From a virus (taxonomy: Duplodnaviria > Caudoviricetes), in the IMG/VR virus record IMGVR_UViG_3300050330_000092, positions 1 to 51,355 of that record: a DNA stretch of 51,355 bases; one strand, given 5' to 3'. The notes under the pieces are model-generated. The model searched no databases and was not told where the DNA came from. It saw only the letters and a list, made by a program, of their open reading frames with translations. This document shows, piece by piece, positions 45,566 to 51,355 of this stretch (the stretch's first letter is position 1; each line of letters begins with the position of its first letter). The position numbers were made by a program, and so were the translations under genes.

Positions 45566-45630
45566 GACGGGGTCCTCCAGGTGATGAGGTCGGCGGCGAG
45601 TTGGTCGCTGTCACGTCGGCGGGCGTGGCG

Positions 45631-45916
45631 ACCGGAGGGCGGACGCGTGGGCTCGGTACGCCGCGTTGCGTCTCTGCTGTGCGCGGCGGAGCTACGCCCG
45701 CCCTCCGGTGTCTGGTCGGCCCCGGATCGATCCGTATACGACCCGGGGCCTTTCCCACCGTCCCCGAGGGAAGCCGGGGCCACGGTGGTCTGCCCTGCAC
45801 CGGCCGGGGTGCATTCGGCCGGTGCAGGAGTGGCACCCGCCGCCGGTGTGCTTCCCCACACACCAGCGACGGGAGACAGGTGGGCCCGCGTGCAGAGCCG
45901 CGGAGGCACGGGCGGG
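45631..45916. other. Array of six consecutive stem-loops (candidate structured RNA)
   Basis: Inverted repeats read directly, including 12-bp and 13-bp perfect stems. Confidence 0.65.
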
Positions 45917-45947
45917 AACGCCCAGGCGAGGACACGGGAGAACCGGC

Positions 45948-46241
45948 TCACGACGCACCCCCGACGACGACGCGCAGGCGGGGACGCTCGGGGCGGACCA
46001 GCGGCACCATCACCGGCCGCGCGGAGGAGGCCGCGGCCTGGACGTCGGCCTCACCGGCTGCGCGGAGCAGCTCGACCACGTCACCGAACCATCCCGGCCG
46101 ATCCGCCTGGAGCTCGGCCGAGGCTTCGTGGGCTGCCCAGAACGCGTCCATCAGATCCCGCGCGGTCTCCGGGGCCGCGTCGATGATCACCCGGCCGTTG
46201 ACCGCGGTCGCCGTGATCGGGGACCGGCCTCCGGCGCTCAC
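45948..46241 (-). CDS. Hypothetical protein
   Basis: GTGA overlaps. Confidence 0.5.
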   Translation of the reverse strand: MSAGGRSPITATAVNGRVIIDAAPETARDLMDAFWAAHEASAELQADRPGWFGDVVELLRAAGEADVQAAASSARPVMVPLVRPERPRLRVVVGGAS

Positions 46242-46336
46242 TGGGCGCTCCACATCGGCGCGGTCAGAGCGACACCCGTACCCCATACGAGAGCGGCGTT
46301 CAGGATGGCGCAGTAGATCGCGCGCGCGGTACTCAC
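46238..46336 (-). CDS. 32-aa membrane micropeptide, copy 2
   Basis: MSTARAIYCAILNAALVWGTGVALTAPMWSAQ; 18/32 identical to copy 1. Confidence 0.7.
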   Translation of the reverse strand: MSTARAIYCAILNAALVWGTGVALTAPMWSAQ

Positions 46337-46530
46337 GACGCACCGCCAGGACGCTGACTACCAGGCGAAGTGGGGATATCGGACGGCGCGATCTTGCAGA
46401 CGTGGCAACCGGACCCGTCAGGTTCGGCCGGGTTGACCGGGCAGTGGTCGTGGTGCATCCCGGCCGGGGTGTCGGCGGGTGCCCCGCAGGCGCAGCCTCG
46501 CCGTGTCTCGCACAGGATGAACTCAGCCAC
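46333..46530 (-). CDS. Small Cys/His-rich protein
   Basis: CACG..HHDHCP..CHVC. Confidence 0.5.
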   Translation of the reverse strand: MAEFILCETRRGCACGAPADTPAGMHHDHCPVNPAEPDGSGCHVCKIAPSDIPTSPGSQRPGGAS

Positions 46531-46768
46531 GGTGGTCTCCGTTCTCGTCGTGTCGGGCGCACTCGACGCCGCTGGGCGCGAGGCACCAGTCCGGCGTCCC
46601 GCCGCAGTCGTCGCCCGGACGCATCAGGTCGTGCCACCCGTCGCGCATCCGCTCCTGCCAGTTCGTCGGCCAGCCGCTCCGGTCGCGCCGGGCGAGGCAC
46701 GACGGGCACGCGACCGCCGGATCGGTGCAGGTGCAGGTGTGCGCTATCTCGGTCGACTTCTCAGCCAC
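46523..46768 (-). CDS. Small Cys-rich protein
   Basis: CTCT..CPSC. Confidence 0.5.
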   Translation of the reverse strand: MAEKSTEIAHTCTCTDPAVACPSCLARRDRSGWPTNWQERMRDGWHDLMRPGDDCGGTPDWCLAPSGVECARHDENGDHRG

Positions 46769-46979
46769 GGGTCTCTCCGATCCGGCGGGGCGGGAGAGCC
46801 ACGACCCTGGGTCGGGCGCTCGCGCGGAGGGCGTCGTTCTCGGCCTCGAGCTCTTCGGCCCAGGACTGCCACCGGCTGGCGCGCTCGAGCGCGTCAGCGA
46901 GAAGCGCGCACGCGGCGACGGCGATCACGACCGCGACGATGGCGATGACCCCGGCGTACGAGGCGAGGAACTCGGTCAT
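46761..46979 (-). CDS. Small membrane-anchored protein
   Basis: N-terminal TM plus short coiled coil. Confidence 0.6.
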   Translation of the reverse strand: MTEFLASYAGVIAIVAVVIAVAACALLADALERASRWQSWAEELEAENDALRASARPRVVALPPRRIGETRG

Positions 46980-47629
46980 GCCGCGTGCACCTCCGTGAAG
47001 TAGGCGAGGACACGGTCAGTGCGGGCCCGGCACAGGTCCAGCACCAGGGACGCCTCGGCCCGGACGTGGGGCTCGAGCTGTCGGCCCTGGGTGATCGCGT
47101 GGGTCACGACGGAGGCGTGCTCCTCGATGAGGACCCCGAGGCCGGAGAGGGTGAGGGGGGAGAACGGGAGCTGGTTCATCCGGGTCACCGGCCAGGGGTG
47201 GAGGCTGCTGGTGATCGGCTCGACACCGACGGGCTTCCCGTCATCGTCGTAGACGAACCGGCTGCCCTCGTGGGTGCCGGCGGCGTGTGCCACGGCCGCG
47301 AGGATCAGGTCGACCTTGTCGCGGTCGAGACCGGACACGAGGTCGCCGAGAGAGAAGGGTGCCCCGACGACGTCGGAGAGCGTCGCGGCGAGGAGCAGCA
47401 GCCGCCGTTCACCGCCGGACATGCCTCCGGTGTGAGCCGGGATGGACTCGAAGTCGATCCAGTGCCCGCCGTACTCGCGGTCACGGACCCACGGGCGCCA
47501 GGACTGGGCGTACCCGCTGCGGATCAGGAGCTCGGTGGCGGCCTCGAGGGGGTAGAGGCCCTGAGCCCAGGAGCGGAGCTCGCCGGCGAGGGTGACGTCC
47601 GGGGTGGTGTTGGTCTTCAGGTCCTTCAT
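46976..47629 (-). CDS. Hypothetical protein
   Basis: WAQGLYPLEAATELLI..SGGERRLL..LVSGLD; RBS AAAGG. Confidence 0.7.
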   Translation of the reverse strand: MKDLKTNTTPDVTLAGELRSWAQGLYPLEAATELLIRSGYAQSWRPWVRDREYGGHWIDFESIPAHTGGMSGGERRLLLLAATLSDVVGAPFSLGDLVSGLDRDKVDLILAAVAHAAGTHEGSRFVYDDDGKPVGVEPITSSLHPWPVTRMNQLPFSPLTLSGLGVLIEEHASVVTHAITQGRQLEPHVRAEASLVLDLCRARTDRVLAYFTEVHAA

Positions 47630-47738
47630 CGCGGTACCTTTCGTGGTGTTCGGTGGGTCCGTCTCTCCTGCGCCGTTGCGTCGGCGTGGGGTCCAGGGGC
47701 GGACCCGCTGCTCTTCTGCGGGCTGTGGTCTCAGCGCC

Positions 47739-48422
47739 CTAGGCGGTGGACAGGAGGTCCTTCTCCCAGGGGGTGAGGTACTGGCTGTTGTTGCGGCGGT
47801 CGACCGCGCGGGCGATCCGGTCGGACCGGCGGCGTTCGGCGAGGATCTGCGCGTCCCGCATGGCCTCGAGCTCGCGGGCTGCCGCGGCGGCTTCGACCTC
47901 TTCGGGGGTCCGCTCGGCGGCACGCAGGACGTTCCGGCGGCGGAGGAGCTGGGTGTTCACGTCGAACAGCGCGGCACGGAACCGGTCCCGGTCGCCCTCG
48001 CCGGACGGCCGCCGTGCCGGGGCCGGGGGGAACCGGAGTCCCATCGCGAACCCGATCCGGTGGGTCTCCTCCACCGTCGTAGCCATCGCGATCGCGACCA
48101 CCACGTCGGCGAGCGTCAGGCCGGCGTAGAACGCGACACACGCCTCACGCTGGTGCGGCTGCTCGGCCCGACGCGCCATGGCAGACAGACGAGCCGAGCA
48201 GCGGCCACACACACGCCGGCCACCGAGATCGAGCACGCTGCCAACGCGCTCGAGCACCGACAGCCGCCGGGTGTGTGCAGTGCAGGCCGTCCGGGCGGCA
48301 CGGGGGACAAACCGCCCGGACGGAGTCAACGGACCCGAGTAGACGTGCACCACCCGGGAGCCCGGACGGGCCACCAGGACCGCGTGCAACTGCGCGGCCA
48401 CCAGACCGACGTGCGCGGTCAC
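47739..48422 (-). CDS. Hypothetical protein
   Basis: VVH..C..RRVCGRC; GTGA overlap with the MTase. Confidence 0.6.
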   Translation of the reverse strand: MTAHVGLVAAQLHAVLVARPGSRVVHVYSGPLTPSGRFVPRAARTACTAHTRRLSVLERVGSVLDLGGRRVCGRCSARLSAMARRAEQPHQREACVAFYAGLTLADVVVAIAMATTVEETHRIGFAMGLRFPPAPARRPSGEGDRDRFRAALFDVNTQLLRRRNVLRAAERTPEEVEAAAAARELEAMRDAQILAERRRSDRIARAVDRRNNSQYLTPWEKDLLSTA

Positions 48423-49819
48423 GACCCCGGCCCCGATCCGGGCGAATAGACCGGCTCCAACACTGGAGCCGGGACGCCGACGATCGAGGCCAGGACGTGC
48501 GCGGCCAGCAGTGGCGGGATCGCGTTGCCGACCTGCTCGTACTGCTTCGATCGGGTTCCCTGCCACGGGTAGGTGACTGGGAAGCTCTGCAGGACGCCCG
48601 CCTCCCAGACCTCAAGCCTGCTGCTCTCGGCGGGCCGGTCGGCGGCGAGCATCGGCTCGCCGGGCTTCTCGGTGCCAGCGGGGTAGATCCGGACGTCGTT
48701 GCACGCCCGCGCGAAGACCATCGTGGGGGCTGGCTGGTCCTCTGCTCGCACGGCAGCGTTGGCGTGGTTGCTGGCACGGAGGACCCACTGGCCACCGGCC
48801 TTACTGGTCAAGGTCGGTGCCGGTCGGTTGCTCGGGACCGGCACGGTCGGGACCATCGTTCCGCCCGGACCCTTGCTGTTCGTCCGGCGGTCGATCTCCC
48901 ACGACCGGGCCTTGCTGATGACGGTCGGGGCAGGCTCGCTCGCCATGTGGTCGGGCCGCGAGCCGTGGCGGGCGATCATGCCAGCGCCGCGCGCGGGTCG
49001 GATCGCCGCCTCAGGCGGAAGGCCGAGCGCCTCGCCCCACGAGATCCACGGCAGCAGCGTCTCGCCGAAGAGGTCCGCCTCGTGGCTGTCCTCGCTGTGC
49101 GTGGGGTGCGGGGGGTGCACCTTCCGCACGCGTGACGCACCCAGAACGGCCCGGGACCGGGTCTGCGGCACACCGAAGTCGGCCGCGCAGAGAACGGCCG
49201 CCCACGCCGACCAGCCGCGCTTGCGCAGCTCGTGGACGTAGAGCTGCCACAGCGGAAGGACCTCGGGAACCTGCTCCAGTGCGAGCCACTCGGGGTCGAG
49301 TTCCACCACGCGGCGGGCAGGCTCGAGGACCAAGGTGGCGATCTTCGCGTCGAGCCGGGCCTTGGCCTCGACCTTCTCGGCGTCCCATCGTTGATCGGGC
49401 TTCCGCTTGGCGTTGGCGCTTTCGACTTCGGCGAGCGCGACGGGATAGATCGCGTCCTGCGTCTTGGCGCGGACGACGGCCGGGTCCTCGCCAGCGAAGA
49501 TCCGCGTGATGCCCTCGGCAAGGACGTCGATCACCAGGCGGCCGATGCCGCTCCCGGCCATCGAGAACAGGGTGCAGGACGGGGACGAGACGTGTCCCTT
49601 GCCGCGCGCCCACGCCGGGCTGGCGTGCTCCGTGACGTCTGCCTGCTCGCGGTGATGCCCGGCCGCGCGGGCGGTCTCGCAAGCAGAGCGGTCGTAGTCG
49701 ACGCCGTAGAACCGGAGGCCGATGAGTCGCGCGCCTTCGTCCCAGCCACCGGGGCCTGCGAAGTCCTCCAGCGCGTCGAACGCCGTAGGGTCAATATCGG
49801 CCGTGTGCTGGTCGGTCAT
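48419..49819 (-). CDS. C5 cytosine DNA methyltransferase 2
   Basis: FAGPGGW, SPSC, EQV, FGVPQTR, LQSFP, QVGNAIPP. Confidence 0.9.
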   Translation of the reverse strand: MTDQHTADIDPTAFDALEDFAGPGGWDEGARLIGLRFYGVDYDRSACETARAAGHHREQADVTEHASPAWARGKGHVSSPSCTLFSMAGSGIGRLVIDVLAEGITRIFAGEDPAVVRAKTQDAIYPVALAEVESANAKRKPDQRWDAEKVEAKARLDAKIATLVLEPARRVVELDPEWLALEQVPEVLPLWQLYVHELRKRGWSAWAAVLCAADFGVPQTRSRAVLGASRVRKVHPPHPTHSEDSHEADLFGETLLPWISWGEALGLPPEAAIRPARGAGMIARHGSRPDHMASEPAPTVISKARSWEIDRRTNSKGPGGTMVPTVPVPSNRPAPTLTSKAGGQWVLRASNHANAAVRAEDQPAPTMVFARACNDVRIYPAGTEKPGEPMLAADRPAESSRLEVWEAGVLQSFPVTYPWQGTRSKQYEQVGNAIPPLLAAHVLASIVGVPAPVLEPVYSPGSGPGS

Positions 49820-50040
49820 GCGTCCTCCAGCCCGTCGAGCCATGCCTGGAGCGCATCCACGGTCACGAGGTACCGGCCGGCGGGGTCGCCCGCCTTGCCG
49901 CGGGTCGTGTCCTTCTCGAGGACGCCGCTGCGCTTGGCGCGGAGGCGGCCGGCGCGGATGGCCTTCTTGATCGTGTCCTCGGACAGGCCGGTCGCGGTCG
50001 CGGCCTCCGCGGTGTTGAGCGCGAGCTTCGGGATGGTCAT
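49816..50040 (-). CDS. xis: Excisionase-like HTH protein
   Basis: EAATATGLSEDTIKKAIRAGRLRAKR..YLV..LQAWL. Confidence 0.7.
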   Translation of the reverse strand: MTIPKLALNTAEAATATGLSEDTIKKAIRAGRLRAKRSGVLEKDTTRGKAGDPAGRYLVTVDALQAWLDGLEDA

Positions 50041-50303
50041 GCTGCGACCTCCACGACCTCGAAGACGTCGTCGAGCTCGGCGTCGAGTGCGTGGCAGAGA
50101 GCGGCGATGAACTTGGGGCCGGGCTGCTGGGTGCCGCGGAGAACGCGGGAGAGGTTGCCCGGGTCGATCCGCATGGCCTCGGCGAGGCGGGCATCGGTCT
50201 CCAGTCCCTTCCAGCGGCGGATCTTCGCGACGTTCTCGGCGCGAAGCCTGAGGGTGGCGACCACCGCGGGCTCGAGCGCCCTGGCCTGCGGACTTGCGTT
50301 CAT
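50037..50303 (-). CDS. Cro-like XRE HTH protein
   Basis: LAEAMRIDPGNLSRVLRG; divergent from the repressor. Confidence 0.8.
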   Translation of the reverse strand: MNASPQARALEPAVVATLRLRAENVAKIRRWKGLETDARLAEAMRIDPGNLSRVLRGTQQPGPKFIAALCHALDAELDDVFEVVEVAA

Positions 50304-50310
50304 GCCTAGG

Positions 50311-50339
50311 AACGTACGCCTGCATATGCGCGAACGCAA
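50311..50339 (-). promoter_or_regulatory. Early lytic promoter TTGCGT-N17-TACGTT (leaderless)
   Basis: 17-bp spacer; ATG 7 nt after the -10 box. Confidence 0.65.
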
Positions 50340-50438
50340 GACCCCAAGATCCCGGTCTAGACAAGGCTCTGCTTGCCGACCCCCGACAGGCGCTCTGACC
50401 TGCGATACAACAGTGGTGTAACTCGCTGACCTGCTGCC

Positions 50439-50452
50439 TTGCGTATGCGCAA
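50439..50452. promoter_or_regulatory. Putative repressor operator TTGC-N6-GCAA
   Basis: TTGCGTATGCGCAA near-palindrome; variants at 50326-50339 and 50494-50507. Confidence 0.55.
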
Positions 50453-50501
50453 CGGCGCGTCCAGCGACACGCCGCACCCGTGCCCGCCTAGGATTGCTTG
50501 C

Positions 50502-50834
50502 ATGCATTGGTCCGAGTACGTCACCGCATGCGCCAAGGGGCGCCGGCAGTCAGACCTCGCCGTTCTCGTGGGCGTCGATCAGAGCACCGTCTCGAGGTGG
50601 CTCAAGGGCAAGGGTAGCCCCACGGCAGAGAACGCCATGACCCTCGCGCGAGTCGCCGGGGACTCGCCGATCACGGGCCTACTCGCCGCGGGGTTCCTCC
50701 GCGAGGACGAGGTCGACGGCGTCGTGCGCGTCGCCGACGGCCTCGGGGCCAGCACCTCAGATGCACTGCTCGCCGAGCTCGGGCGCCGCCTCGGCCTGCA
50801 CGTCTCCGTGCGCAACGAGAGGGGGGTCGGATGA
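50502..50834 (+). CDS. Immunity repressor (XRE HTH)
   Basis: QSDLAVLVGVDQSTVSRWLKG, LLAAGFL, SDALLAELGRRL; TAGGAT -10 box 7 nt upstream. Confidence 0.85.
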   Translation: MHWSEYVTACAKGRRQSDLAVLVGVDQSTVSRWLKGKGSPTAENAMTLARVAGDSPITGLLAAGFLREDEVDGVVRVADGLGASTSDALLAELGRRLGLHVSVRNERGVG

Positions 50835-51049
50835 CCGAGACCCCGCCGCCACGAAGACGGCCCGCCACCAGGAGCTTGCAAGGGCCAGCGGTGGCGGGCC
50901 GTTCCATTCCCAGGGTACGCGCCTAGTACTTTCGTGCTAGTACCTCAAGCGTGACGGCCCGCAGGCCGATTGACGTGGAGTCGTGCCGACATAGGCTCGG
51001 TCTCTTGCAGGCGGGGAGGGGGAACGTCCGCCAACCACTCTCGGGGGGT

Positions 51050-51355
51050 ATGTCGATCGTGAACGAGAAGTCTGTCCCGCTTCACAAGCTGCTGTCGGTC
51101 ACCTGCTGGTCGCTCACCGGTGTCCTGTTGCTGGCCGGCTGGGTCGTCTACTTCGCCAATCTCGCCGACCTGTCCATCCTCCTCGTCGTCACCGCGGTTC
51201 TCTCGGCCTTGGGGGGCGCCACGGCCACGGCCAAGTCCCTGGCGCTCGACGTGGCTCGGTTGATGCGCCTGACGTTCGGCACTCCCGCGGCCGACACCCG
51301 TCCCATGCGGCCAGTCCCTGGTGCCCCGGAGTCAGATGGCTACCGCAATGGCTAA
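51050..51355 (+). CDS. Two-TM membrane protein
   Basis: Two hydrophobic helices; G-rich RBS. Confidence 0.65.
   Translation: MSIVNEKSVPLHKLLSVTCWSLTGVLLLAGWVVYFANLADLSILLVVTAVLSALGGATATAKSLALDVARLMRLTFGTPAADTRPMRPVPGAPESDGYRNG
51336..51355 (+). repeat. Putative integrase arm-type site pair (right copy)
   Basis: ATGGCTAC-CGCA-ATGGCTAA matches 1-20. Confidence 0.6.

Larger units (their letters stand above)
1..51355. mobile_element. Temperate siphovirus prophage of a high-GC Actinomycete
   Basis: Integrase, repressor/Cro, replication, packaging, head, tail and lysis modules are present in canonical siphovirus order; WhiB and leaderless TANNNT promoters point to Actinobacteria. Confidence 0.95.

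Noticed and set aside
45631-45916. Hairpin array as CRISPR array or tRNA cluster
   Set aside because: No repeated primary sequence or repeat-spacer periodicity, no cas genes, no cloverleaf or T-loop consensus
2964-50110. Many long overlapping Arg/Pro/Ala-rich ORFs (e.g. 2964-4169, 21382-23343, 27188-29035, 38342-40471)
   Set aside because: Shadow frames expected in high-GC DNA; they overlap well-supported genes and lack motifs or RBS
33316-50303. Frequent C-termini such as EAA, EVAA, EEAVA suggesting ssrA-like degrons
   Set aside because: Explained by the overlapping GGAGG ribosome-binding site of the next coupled gene
50502-51355. Integration-dependent immunity (attP inside the repressor gene)
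   Set aside because: The repressor is intact and followed by another gene; the arm-like repeats lie ~500 bp beyond it

Overview
The window is an apparently near-complete temperate siphovirus prophage from a high-GC Actinomycete. It runs from the integrase start codon (left end) to a membrane gene downstream of the immunity repressor (right end). The att cores are probably just outside the window, but matching arm-type repeats sit at both ends. Almost all phage genes are on the minus strand. Read from right to left: repressor/Cro switch, excisionase, an early region with many small ORFs, two C5 DNA methyltransferases, an SNF2-like helicase with an N4/N6 methyltransferase, a replication initiator, exonuclease, HNH, BCS1-like AAA ATPase, WhiB, HNH/cos/TerS, a split TerL, portal, head, neck and tail genes (with a -1 frameshift chaperone), tape measure, minor tails (one with Kelch repeats), an extended lysis cassette and a tail fibre. 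Plus-strand morons are a lipoprotein and a three-gene DUF6941/DUF4258/DUF2283-like toxin-antitoxin module. The most notable observations are: a circularly permuted EEP nuclease/phosphatase in the lysis cassette; the tripartite TA-like moron; a PafBC-type DNA-damage promoter driving a gene antisense to the integrase; a six-hairpin structured array in the early operon; duplicated 32-aa membrane micropeptides; and a peptide + uncharacterised enzyme-like gene pair. All family assignments are by eye from motifs and synteny; no database search was run.
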